A stretch of DNA of 26,851 bases from Tannerella sp. (GTDB lineage Bacteria > Bacteroidota > Bacteroidia > Bacteroidales > Tannerellaceae): positions 1 to 26,851 of the forward strand of contig JAISGW010000070.1 in the NCBI GenBank assembly GCA_031262895.1. Reading direction: 5' to 3'. Made by a program: the position numbers and the translations under genes. Of this stretch, positions 18,169 to 26,422 are shown in pieces; the stretch's first letter is position 1; the number at the start of each line of letters is the position of its first letter. The notes beneath the pieces are model-generated. The model did no database searches. It saw nothing but the letters and a program-made list of their open reading frames with translations, and was not told where the DNA came from.

Positions 18169-19370
18169 TGAAAAGATTCCTGCACAGCCTGGCCGACATC
18201 TGGGGCGACATCCTTTTCGTCGGGAAAGAAGAATTGCGGCAGATATTCCGCGACCAGGGCGTCATCATCTTCTTTTTCTTAGTACCCCTCGCCTACCCCG
18301 TCCTGTACGCGCTCATCTACAATCCGGAGACTGTGCACGAAGCGCCATTAGCCGTTGTCGACCCCTCGAACAAGGCTGCCAGCCGGGAATTCATCCGCAA
18401 GATAGACGCCGCGCCCGACGTGCGGGTGGCAGCCGTATGCGGCGACCTGGAGGCCGCGCGCCGCCTGATGGACCGGGGCAAAGTTTTCGGCATCCTGTCC
18501 TTTCCCGCGGATTTCAGTGCCGACCTGCACAAGGGCAAGCAAACGACGCTCTCGCTGTATTGCGACGGCACCAGCCTGCTTTACTTGAAAGCCTTTTACC
18601 TGCGCGCGATGGAAGTCTCGCTCGACATGGGCCGCGAACTGCGCGAAGCAGCGCATCCGGCCTCCACGGAAGCCATGCAGGCCATCCTTGTCGACCCCGT
18701 GCCCTACCGGGCCGTGGCGCTGTTCAACTCGCAAGGCGGTTTCGCCACCTTCTTGGTGCCGGCTATCCTGATATTAGTCATCCACCAGACCCTGCTCCTG
18801 GGCATCTGCATGTTGGGCGGCACGGCTCGCGAAAAGAACCGCCGCCACGGCCTGATACCCTCGAACATCCATTACACCGGCACTTTCCGCATCGTGGGCG
18901 GCAAGGCACTGGTTTACCTCGCGCTCTACCTGCTCACCTGCATCTGGGTGCTGTACATCATCCCGCGCCTGTTCGCCTTCCCGCAGATAGGCCAGCCGCT
19001 CACCCTTTTCCTCTTCCTGCTGCCCTTCCTCTTCGCCTGCATCTTCATGGCGATGACTTTCTCAGGCTTCATGACCTCGCGCGAGTCGCCCATGCTGCTG
19101 TTCGTCTTCATGTCAATCGTACTGCTCTTCCTTTCGGGCATCTCCTGGCCGATGGAGGCCATGCCGCCTTTCTGGCGGGCGATCAGCCATTGCATACCGG
19201 CCACGCCGGGCATCCGCGGCTTCGTGGCCATCACAACCATGGGAGCCTCGCTGAACGAGGTGGCCTACGAATACCACCTGCTCTGGATACAGGCCGGCTT
19301 CTACTTCGTCACGACCTGCCTGATTTACCGCTATCAGCTTATTCTCAGGAAAAGGAAGGGCGGCTCCTGA
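18168..19370 (+). CDS. ABC-2 type transporter permease (second paralog)
   Basis: The likely start is ATG 18168, which overlaps the previous stop (TGATG): MKRFLHSLADIW. Motifs include PLAVVDPSNKAASREFIRKIDA, FLVPAILILVIHQ and FLSGISWP. Confidence 0.9.
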   Translation: MKRFLHSLADIWGDILFVGKEELRQIFRDQGVIIFFFLVPLAYPVLYALIYNPETVHEAPLAVVDPSNKAASREFIRKIDAAPDVRVAAVCGDLEAARRLMDRGKVFGILSFPADFSADLHKGKQTTLSLYCDGTSLLYLKAFYLRAMEVSLDMGRELREAAHPASTEAMQAILVDPVPYRAVALFNSQGGFATFLVPAILILVIHQTLLLGICMLGGTAREKNRRHGLIPSNIHYTGTFRIVGGKALVYLALYLLTCIWVLYIIPRLFAFPQIGQPLTLFLFLLPFLFACIFMAMTFSGFMTSRESPMLLFVFMSIVLLFLSGISWPMEAMPPFWRAISHCIPATPGIRGFVAITTMGASLNEVAYEYHLLWIQAGFYFVTTCLIYRYQLILRKRKGGS

Positions 19371-19373
19371 ATT

Positions 19374-19549
19374 TTTGTGTCCGATTTTCCCCGCGCGACA
19401 CATTGTGCCATCACTTTGTGTCCATGCTCTGTCGCGCGACACATTGCGACTTCGCTTTGTGTCCTCGTTCTCCCGTACGACACATTATCACTTCACTTTG
19501 TGTCCTCGTTCTCCCGCGCGACACATTGTCACCTCACTTTGTGTCCTCG
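19374..19549. repeat. Intergenic 41-bp tandem repeat (4 copies plus partial) with an internal inverted repeat
   Basis: Units start at 19374, 19415, 19456, 19497 and 19538 (partial), with consensus tttgtgtcctcgttctcccgcgcgacacattgtcacttcac. Each unit carries tgtgtc...gacaca. Confidence 0.9.
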
Positions 19550-19570
19550 CAGCATAAAAAAGGAATCGCG

Positions 19571-19578
19571 TATATTTG
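19571..19578 (+). promoter_or_regulatory. Bacteroidetes -7 promoter element TATATTTG
   Basis: Exact TAnnTTTG match 24 nt upstream of the SDR ATG (19603). Confidence 0.65.
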
Positions 19579-19602
19579 TATCACAAATAAATATCAGACA
19601 AC

Positions 19603-20418
19603 ATGAACGAATCATTCAGTATTGCGGGGAAGGTGGCCGTTATCACCGGTGCCGCAGGGACATTGGGCGGCAGCCTGGCCAGGCATTTCGCCGGACAAGG
19701 CGCCAAGGTGGTGGCCGTGGACCTTCGCGCGGACAAATTGGAAAGCACGGTCGTACCCGAATTGAAAAAAATCGGCGAGGCAGTGGGCTGCTACGGCAAC
19801 GTACTTGACCCGGACAGCCTCAAACATACGGTAGACGAGGTGATGCAACTTTACGGACGCATCGACATCTTGCTGAACATAGCCGGTGGCAATCGCCCCG
19901 GAGCCACGGTCAACCCGGAGCAAAACTTCTTCGACATGCCCCCTGAAGAATGGGAGAACGTAACGCGGCTGAACTTAGACGGCAGCGTGTTCCCCTCAAT
20001 GGCGGTGGGGCGCGTCATGGCCGGGCAACATTCGGGCTGCATCGTCAACATCTCCTCCATGGCGGCCTACGCCGCCTTGACCCGCGTCTGCGGCTACTCG
20101 GTGGCCAAGGCGGGCATCAGCAATTTCACCCAATGGCTGGCCGTGGAAATGGCGCAGAAATACGGCGAAGGCATCCGGGTGAACGCCATCGCGCCGGGCT
20201 TCTTCATCGGCGAGCAGAACCGCGCCCTGCTGCTCAATCCCGACGGCAGCCTGACCGGACGCAGCGAAAAGGTGCTGGCCAAGACACCTATGGGCCGCTT
20301 CGGACATATCGACGAGCTGAACGGGGCGGCACAGTTCCTTTGCAGCCAGGCGGCCGCCTTCGTCACGGGCGTCGTCCTGCCGGTCGACGGCGGTTTCTCC
20401 GCTTTCAGCGGTGTCTGA
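19603..20418 (+). CDS. Short-chain dehydrogenase, D-mannonate oxidoreductase-like (UxuB-type SDR)
   Basis: TGAAGTLG Rossmann motif, catalytic YSVAK, NAIAPGFFIGEQNRALL, TPMGRFG and C-terminal VDGGFSAFSGV, all typical of mannonate-reductase SDRs. Confidence 0.85.
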   Translation: MNESFSIAGKVAVITGAAGTLGGSLARHFAGQGAKVVAVDLRADKLESTVVPELKKIGEAVGCYGNVLDPDSLKHTVDEVMQLYGRIDILLNIAGGNRPGATVNPEQNFFDMPPEEWENVTRLNLDGSVFPSMAVGRVMAGQHSGCIVNISSMAAYAALTRVCGYSVAKAGISNFTQWLAVEMAQKYGEGIRVNAIAPGFFIGEQNRALLLNPDGSLTGRSEKVLAKTPMGRFGHIDELNGAAQFLCSQAAAFVTGVVLPVDGGFSAFSGV

Positions 20419-20483
20419 GGCGCCTTCTCCCCCGGTTATGTCTTTTTACTTACCTTTACCGCAAATCTTTAAAACGAACGACG

Positions 20484-21086
20484 ATGGAACTTACATTAGA
20501 CATGAACAAGCGCTATACTTACGCCGACTACCTGACCTGGTTAGACGACAAGCGGCGCGAATTGGTCAACGGCTTCATCCATTTGATGGCGGCCCCCCGC
20601 ACAGCGCACGAGGCCGTGAGCATCAGCCTGACCACTGACATCACAAATTTTATACGCAAGAATAATTGCAAATGCCGGGTTTTCGGCGCGCCTTTCGACG
20701 TGCGTCTCCCCCAAAACGGGGAACGTAAAGACAACGAGATATACACCGTCGTGCAGCCCGATGTCTGCTTAGTCTGCGACCCCTCGAAGCTGGATGTCCG
20801 TGGTTGCCTCGGCGCCCCCGACCTGATGGTGGAGATACTCTCCCCTTCGTCACGGCGTTACGACCTGGACAAGAAGCTTCACCTTTACGAGCGCTCCGGC
20901 GTAAAGGAATATTGGGTGATTTCACCGGAAACCCCCGATGTAAACGTCTTCCTCCCCGATGAAGACGGCACTTACGGCGACGCCGTTGTCTATGCCCCGA
21001 TAAAGGGCGAGCGGATGCTGATTCCCGTCAGCGTACTTCCGGGATTGGAAATAGATACCGATCTACTTTTCCGTGATATATTATAA
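20484..21086 (+). CDS. Uma2-family (DUF820) PD-(D/E)xK endonuclease-like protein
   Basis: Start ATG 20484 (MELTLDMNKRYTYADYLTW). Motifs RELVNG, APFDV, VQPDVCLVCD, APDLMVEILSPSS and KLHLYERSGVKEYWVI. The track ORF from 19950 is an artefactual extension through the SDR gene. Confidence 0.9.
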   Translation: MELTLDMNKRYTYADYLTWLDDKRRELVNGFIHLMAAPRTAHEAVSISLTTDITNFIRKNNCKCRVFGAPFDVRLPQNGERKDNEIYTVVQPDVCLVCDPSKLDVRGCLGAPDLMVEILSPSSRRYDLDKKLHLYERSGVKEYWVISPETPDVNVFLPDEDGTYGDAVVYAPIKGERMLIPVSVLPGLEIDTDLLFRDIL

Positions 21087-21116
21087 GGCGTAGTAAAAAC
21101 GAGGGTGCACATATAG

Positions 21117-21153
21117 AAAAAGGGCGGGATTTTCATCCTGCCCTTTGTTGTTT
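21117..21153. terminator. Probable bidirectional intrinsic terminator between the convergent Uma2 and RRM genes
   Basis: Stem aaagggcgggat-tttc-atcctgcccttt (12 bp with one G-U pair), flanked by an A-run on the left and a T-rich tract on the right. Confidence 0.75.
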
Positions 21154-21173
21154 GTTCGCTTAGCCTTTTGTGC

Positions 21174-21419
21174 TTAACGACGGGGGAGCGCTTCCTTAAC
21201 CACCATCTGGCGGCCTTCGTATTCAGCTCCGTTCAGTCCGTTGATCGCATTCTTGGCTTCGTCTTCATTGGGAAGCTCTGCAAAAGCAAAGCCTTTCGAG
21301 CGGTTGGTGTCACGGTCAATGATCAGCTTCACGGAGCTAACCGTACCGTACTCTTCCAAAATTTGTTTCAACTCCGGTTCTCTAACGCGGTAATTTAAAT
21401 TACCAATGTAAATGTTCAT
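21174..21419 (-). CDS. rbpB: Single-RRM RNA-binding protein, RbpB-like
   Basis: 81 aa from ATG 21419: RNP2 IYIGNL, RNP1 KGFAFAEL, ending LNGAEYEGRQMVVKEALPRR. From recall this is closer to Bacteroides RbpB than to RbpA, which has a Gly/Arg tail. The symbol is tentative. Confidence 0.8.
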   Translation of the reverse strand: MNIYIGNLNYRVREPELKQILEEYGTVSSVKLIIDRDTNRSKGFAFAELPNEDEAKNAINGLNGAEYEGRQMVVKEALPRR

Positions 21420-21621
21420 AAGAAAAAAACTAAGTAAATGAATAAAACTTTTTTTGCTGAACAATGTGTCTTTCGAAATGATCAACTTATTACACGAACC
21501 TTATTACCATTGCTGAGAATAGAGACAGAAAAGAAGAACAAATAGACATGACAAATGTTTCACGGCACAAAGGAAACCAGAAAAAACGAATAAACAAGGA
21601 AAAAAAGCGTTTTTTTCTTAT

Positions 21622-22719
21622 TCAGGAGAAAGTTTCCGCCAATAGCACGGTATTTTGGAGGTAAAGGAATTCCTTTACAAAATATTCACTAAAGATATCG
21701 GCATGCAAATCGGTAGCTATCTGCATGCTGGTCCACCATTTTCCGCCTTTAAAATAATTCATTTCCTCATCGGTATGCAGGGTAAGGGCATAAAGCGAGA
21801 CCAATTGCCGAAGCTCGTTGTTCTCGAAGGTGTAACGGAGCAACAGGCGCGGATGCAGGTCGAAACATTCGGACAACTCATGGGTCAGCTCAAAGACCAC
21901 GCTTTCTATGGAATGATGGAAAAGCACATAACGACAGAAAGGATAATCAAGCATCAAGGGGGAAACGGGCGCGTTTTTCGAACGCGGGCAAACATAGAGC
22001 AAGCCCTTATACACTACGGCGATGCGCACTACCGGATGATAATATTTCTTATGGGAAATAGCGATGGAATAAGGTATCCGTCCCGTCACGCGCCCGCCCT
22101 TGTCAAGCACGGGTAACCAGACTTCCGACTTGAGCTGTTTGCCGAACAATTCCATCCGAAACTGCTCGCAAACGATGACCACAAAGCAAATCGCTATGGG
22201 TACGTGATGGTACAATATCCGGGTAAAATTAGAATCACCTTCTATCGGCGTGAGTAGATAAAGTATCACAAAGAAAAGATAGAGGGTGAAGGCGTTCTGC
22301 ACAATCCGTCCCACCGAAAAGGCTTCCTTGGCCGTGGTGTAAAGCAGGCGCCTGTCGGCGTCATGCATCTCATAAATCCTTTTGAGCACACGCTTACGGA
22401 AGGCTCCGGCAAACATCATGGCAAGGACAAAGAGGATGTAGACGATAATCGGGGCGTATTCGTAGACAATGATGGTGTAATTAAAGGTGGAGTAGGCAAC
22501 GAAAATGAGCAGGTAAGTCAGCGTCACGGGAAAAAGCAACAACTGGTAAACCTGCTTTTTCCGCGTGAACAGGGAACAAAGTATGAGCGCGCCCAAGGAG
22601 GTACATAGGCCAACATAGAGCGCCCTTTGAAAAGAGACAAGGTCGGCCGCAACCGCCACCATAATCGGGAGCAGCCCCAATGCTTGATTGTTTAATATGC
22701 GTCTGATTTGCGGGGACAT
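21622..22719 (-). CDS. Integral membrane protein with a C-terminal degenerate Nudix/IPP-isomerase-like domain
   Basis: About 6 hydrophobic helices lie in the first 190 aa. The following segment, WLPVLDKGGRVTGR...YHPVVRIAVVYKGLLYVCPRS....P...D, resembles the Nudix/Idi N-terminal strands, but there is no GX5EX7REUXEEXGU box. Confidence 0.65.
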   Translation of the reverse strand: MSPQIRRILNNQALGLLPIMVAVAADLVSFQRALYVGLCTSLGALILCSLFTRKKQVYQLLLFPVTLTYLLIFVAYSTFNYTIIVYEYAPIIVYILFVLAMMFAGAFRKRVLKRIYEMHDADRRLLYTTAKEAFSVGRIVQNAFTLYLFFVILYLLTPIEGDSNFTRILYHHVPIAICFVVIVCEQFRMELFGKQLKSEVWLPVLDKGGRVTGRIPYSIAISHKKYYHPVVRIAVVYKGLLYVCPRSKNAPVSPLMLDYPFCRYVLFHHSIESVVFELTHELSECFDLHPRLLLRYTFENNELRQLVSLYALTLHTDEEMNYFKGGKWWTSMQIATDLHADIFSEYFVKEFLYLQNTVLLAETFS

Positions 22720-22736
22720 GCTCTTCCTTTTTCCTT

Positions 22737-23588
22737 TTAATCCTTGATAAGCGCTTTGGCATGGTAGGAGGAGCGCACCAGCGGGGCGCTCTCCACATGG
22801 AGGAATCCTTTACTCAAGGCTGCCGCCTTCCATGCGGCGAATTGCTCGGGGGTGACATACTCGGTCACAGGAATATTCTTCCGGGAGGGTTGCAGGTATT
22901 GTCCGATGGTCAACATGCTGACACCTGCGGCACGGAGGTCGTCCATCAACTCCAGCACTTCTTCGTTGGTCTCGCCAAGGCCGGCCATTAAGCCGGTTTT
23001 GGCAGCTATGCCTGAAGCGGCCACCTGCCGCAACACGGCGAGGCTTTGCTCGTATCGGGCTGCACTGCGTACCAGCGGACTCAGGCGACGGACGGTTTCC
23101 ATGTTGTGGCCGATGATGTCGGGAGCGGCTTCTATAATAAGAGCGACAAGTTTCGTCCTTCCCTGGAAATCGGGAATCAGCACCTCTATCGTCGTCTGCG
23201 GGTTTGCCTGCCTTACTGCCCGGATAGTCCGCACCCAATGTCCGGCACCCAAGTCAGGCAGGTCGTCACGGTCTACCGAGGTAATAACGGCGTGCTTCAA
23301 GCCCATCAGGCGCACGCTCTCTGCCACGCGCTCCGGTTCGCCCTCGTCCAGAGGCAGGGGGCGGCCGGTCGGCGTATTGCAGAATTTGCAGGAGCGAGTA
23401 CATATAGCCCCGCTTATCAGGAAGGTAGCAGTTCCTTGGCTCCAGCATTCGCCCCGGTTGGGACAGCGTCCGCTGGTACAAATGGTATGCAGCCGGTGTT
23501 CGGCTACGATGCGGCCCGTATGGGAAAAGCGCTCGTCACTGCCGAGCCTCACTTTCAGCCAATCAGGTTTTCTGGGGCCTGTTTGCAT
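22737..23588 (-). CDS. lipA: Lipoyl synthase (radical SAM)
   Basis: Start ATG 23588 (MQTGPRKPDWLKV). Auxiliary-cluster motif CTSGRCPNRGEC (CX4CX5C), radical SAM motif CTRSCKFC, TSVDRDDL, HNMETVRRL and C-terminal RSSY. Confidence 0.96.
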   Translation of the reverse strand: MQTGPRKPDWLKVRLGSDERFSHTGRIVAEHRLHTICTSGRCPNRGECWSQGTATFLISGAICTRSCKFCNTPTGRPLPLDEGEPERVAESVRLMGLKHAVITSVDRDDLPDLGAGHWVRTIRAVRQANPQTTIEVLIPDFQGRTKLVALIIEAAPDIIGHNMETVRRLSPLVRSAARYEQSLAVLRQVAASGIAAKTGLMAGLGETNEEVLELMDDLRAAGVSMLTIGQYLQPSRKNIPVTEYVTPEQFAAWKAAALSKGFLHVESAPLVRSSYHAKALIKD

Positions 23589-23592
23589 CTTC

Positions 23593-25770
23593 TTAGAGGT
23601 TTTTGAACAAGAAATCAGACATGCGCGTGTAAAGGTGGAAACGGGTGTTGCCGCCCGAAATATTATGGTTCCTGTCCTTATATATCTGCATGTCGAACTG
23701 TTTGCCGGCCTGCACCAGCGCCTCGGCATAAGCCATGGTCTGGTTGAAGGTCACGTTGTCGTCGCCCGTTCCGTGGATAAGCAGGAGTTTGCCCTGCAGG
23801 TGCGCGGCCAACTTGATGGGAGAAGTGGCATCGTATCCGGCCGGATTCTCCTGCGGCGTACGCATGTAACGTTCGGTGTAGACGGTATCGTAATAACGCC
23901 AGTCGGAAGGCGGCGCCACGGCGATGCCCAGCTCGAAGGCGCCTTTCCCGGTGCTCAAAGCCATCAGCGTGTTATAGCCGCCGAAGCTCCAGCCCCAGAT
24001 GCCTATGCGGCCGGCATCTACGTAGGGAAGCTTGCCCAAGGCACGGGCCGCGTCGGCCTGGTCTTGCGATTCGAGGAGTCCCATCTTCATGTAGGTGCAT
24101 TTGCGGAAATTTTCTCCTCTGGCACCGGTACCCCGACCGTCCACGCTGGCCACAAGAATACCGTGGCTGGCCAGATAATATTCCCAGCCGAAGGAATAGC
24201 TGTCAAGCACCTGCTGCGAGTTGGGGCCGCTATACTGTATCATCAGTACCGGATATTTCTTTGACGGGTCGAAATGGAGCGGCTTAAGTATCCAGGCGTT
24301 CAGGTCAAGGCCGGCCGCCGTATGCACCTTGGTGAATTCCTTCACAGGAAAGGCATATTGCTTCAGCTGCTCTTTCAGGGCGGCATTGTCTTCCAGTACC
24401 CGCAAAGCCTTGCCGTTCTTCGACTCATTGACCGTGATGAGCATGGGCGTGGAGAGATTGGAATAGCGATTCACGTAATAGGCGAAGTTGGCGCTGAAGG
24501 CGGCATCGTTGGTGCCTTCCTGTGTGGAAAGTTCAGTCTTCTCGCCTTTGGCATTGATTTTATAGATGGCACGGCGCAAAGGGCTTCCTTCGGCCGACTG
24601 GTAATAGACGGTCTGCGTGGCTTCGTCGTAGCCATACAGGCGGGTGACGTCCCAAGGACCTTTGGTCACCTGCCGCAGCAACAAGCCGGTCGGCGTATGC
24701 AAATAAATGTGGGCGTAACCGTCACGTTCACTCACATAGGTGAAGCAGTTTTTGTAGAAATGGATAGAAAACAGCCAGTCGGAATCAATGTAACGCTTGT
24801 TCTCCTCGTGGAGAATCAGGCGGAAGACGCCGCTCTTGGGATTGGCATAATACATATTGAAAAGGTTCTGGTCGCGATTGAGGGTCATCACCGCCAACTG
24901 TTCGGAATTCGTGGTAAAAGTAATGCGAGGGATGTAGCTATCGGAATCAACAGGCACTTCCAAGTTTTTGGTGTCCTTCGTATCCACGTTGTAAGCCATC
25001 AGACTCACCCGCGAGTTCGGCTCGCCTGCCTTCGGATATTTATACCGGTAAATGCCCGGGTAGGTGCCCTTGCCGAAGACTTGCATATTATATTCCGGCA
25101 CCTGCGATTCGTCGAAACGAACGAAGGCGAGGATATTGCTGTCGGGCGACCAAGTCATCATATTGGTCTCGGTAAATTCTTCCTCATATACCCAGTCGGT
25201 GATGCCGTTAATGATTTTGTTGGGTACGGCATCGTTGGTTACTTGCGTTTCCGTGTCGTAGTCGAACTTCCGAATCCAGATATTGCCGTCACGCACAAAA
25301 GCCACCATGCGGCCGTCGGGCGAGAAAGTAGGTATCATCACCTTCTCGCCGCTGTCGGTCAGCGGCGAGACGTAATTGCGGCGCACGTCATAATCGTAAA
25401 CCATGGCCTTATACGAACGACGGTAAATATATTCCGTCTCGCGAAAAAGAAGGATATGGTAGCCGGTAGAGCTGACCACGTAATTGTCTATATCGTCGAA
25501 ATGACATTCGCGGGCTTTCTTGGCATTGAAAAGGGTATCAACCGGCTGCCCGGTACGGTAAGAATAACGGATAATCATGCTCTGGTCGGCGTTCATGGCC
25601 GTATAATGCTCGCCGTCGGGCAAAGAGCGAATCTCACCCACCGAAGTCCTTTGAGAAAAAGCGCCATCGGTTATTTCTTTCAGCTCTACGGGTTTTGTGC
25701 CAGTCTGCGCTTGGGCTGCTCCGGCCAACAAAGCAGCCGACAGGAGGAGGCACGAGCCTATTTTCATCAT
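23593..25770 (-). CDS. dpp4: Dipeptidyl-peptidase IV (S9B)
   Basis: Signal peptide, beta-propeller with the WVYEEE di-Glu motif, and catalytic GWSFGG, HGTGDDNV and His in RNHNI; adjacent to lipA. Confidence 0.92.
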   Translation of the reverse strand: MMKIGSCLLLSAALLAGAAQAQTGTKPVELKEITDGAFSQRTSVGEIRSLPDGEHYTAMNADQSMIIRYSYRTGQPVDTLFNAKKARECHFDDIDNYVVSSTGYHILLFRETEYIYRRSYKAMVYDYDVRRNYVSPLTDSGEKVMIPTFSPDGRMVAFVRDGNIWIRKFDYDTETQVTNDAVPNKIINGITDWVYEEEFTETNMMTWSPDSNILAFVRFDESQVPEYNMQVFGKGTYPGIYRYKYPKAGEPNSRVSLMAYNVDTKDTKNLEVPVDSDSYIPRITFTTNSEQLAVMTLNRDQNLFNMYYANPKSGVFRLILHEENKRYIDSDWLFSIHFYKNCFTYVSERDGYAHIYLHTPTGLLLRQVTKGPWDVTRLYGYDEATQTVYYQSAEGSPLRRAIYKINAKGEKTELSTQEGTNDAAFSANFAYYVNRYSNLSTPMLITVNESKNGKALRVLEDNAALKEQLKQYAFPVKEFTKVHTAAGLDLNAWILKPLHFDPSKKYPVLMIQYSGPNSQQVLDSYSFGWEYYLASHGILVASVDGRGTGARGENFRKCTYMKMGLLESQDQADAARALGKLPYVDAGRIGIWGWSFGGYNTLMALSTGKGAFELGIAVAPPSDWRYYDTVYTERYMRTPQENPAGYDATSPIKLAAHLQGKLLLIHGTGDDNVTFNQTMAYAEALVQAGKQFDMQIYKDRNHNISGGNTRFHLYTRMSDFLFKNL

Positions 25771-25804
25771 GTTATTATTCCTTTTTATATTTGGTTACAA
25801 TCTG

Positions 25805-25812
25805 CAAATATA
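25805..25812 (-). promoter_or_regulatory. Bacteroidetes -7 promoter element TATATTTG for dpp4-lipA
   Basis: Exact TAnnTTTG match, with ATTG 21 nt upstream as a possible -33 variant; 34 nt before the dpp4 ATG. Confidence 0.65.
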
Positions 25813-25828
25813 TGCAAGTATTCCGAAT

Positions 25829-26344
25829 TCACGCAATAAATTTAGGAGGCAAGGGGGGAAGGCCCGCAGCCGCTATGGCCTGAGAGACAGATTGCAGCCC
25901 GCGGGATTTGACCAAAAGTTTGGAAAGGCCGTGCGCCAATAGGCGGCCTTCTGCATCGCGCACGAAAGCTTCCGAAAGGCTGAGTGTATGGCCCGTTTTC
26001 AGGCAATGCCCCTCCACAAAGAGTTGCCCACCTTTGGAGCGAGCCAGGTTATTGACCGAAAGGTCGGCCGAAATCATGCCATCTTCCTCCGGAAGGGCAA
26101 AATAGGCCGCCCAATAAGCAGCCGCATCAATAAGGGAGGCGTACACGCCGCCATGCAAACCGCCGAAAGGGTTCAAATGTTTGGCCGCGTCAATGCGGAG
26201 TTCCATACGGCTTTTGCCTTGGCCTATCTCCAAAAGGCTCATCCCTAAAAGGCGGAAATAAGGCGCCTGGTTAATAAATGTCCGCAGCGCCTCTACGTGT
26301 GCGGGATTTAAGATTTGTTGGTCTGTTATTTGCATCTTCTCCAT
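25829..26344 (-). CDS. PaaI-family hotdog-fold thioesterase
   Basis: HLNPFGGLHGGVYASLIDAAA motif. The start is likely ATG 26344 or 26335 rather than 26401, because a -7 element lies at 26354-26361. Confidence 0.88.
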   Translation of the reverse strand: MEKMQITDQQILNPAHVEALRTFINQAPYFRLLGMSLLEIGQGKSRMELRIDAAKHLNPFGGLHGGVYASLIDAAAYWAAYFALPEEDGMISADLSVNNLARSKGGQLFVEGHCLKTGHTLSLSEAFVRDAEGRLLAHGLSKLLVKSRGLQSVSQAIAAAGLPPLPPKFIA

Positions 26345-26353
26345 TTTTTTGCG

Positions 26354-26361
26354 CAAAGATA
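26354..26361 (-). promoter_or_regulatory. Bacteroidetes -7 promoter element TATCTTTG
   Basis: Exact TAnnTTTG match just upstream of the PaaI start codons, implying a very short leader. Confidence 0.6.
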
Positions 26362-26422
26362 AGCATCGGCTCCCAGTAATCAGCGGACAACGCTTTAACA
26401 AACCGGGAGCTTAGCGATGCAT

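Noticed and set aside
19950-20483. Apparent SDR-Uma2 overlap or fusion from the 378-aa track ORF
   Set aside because: The extension is an alternate frame of the SDR gene with low-complexity Arg/Gly content; Uma2 has a normal start at 20484 and no slippery site was seen.
21461-21470. 10-bp match (gacacattgt, minus strand) to the 41-bp repeat core in the rbpB leader
   Set aside because: A single short match without the partner box or periodicity is compatible with chance in 27 kb.
21581-21617. A/T homopolymer runs as a terminator or phase-variable tract
   Set aside because: The runs are at most 7 nt, the stem is weak and AT-only, and they are intergenic with no frame consequence.
23589-23729. 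N-terminal extension of LipA overlapping dpp4 (also the extended starts of the RRM, PaaI and second permease ORFs)
   Set aside because: Conserved protein starts lie downstream, and the extensions overlap upstream genes or promoter elements.
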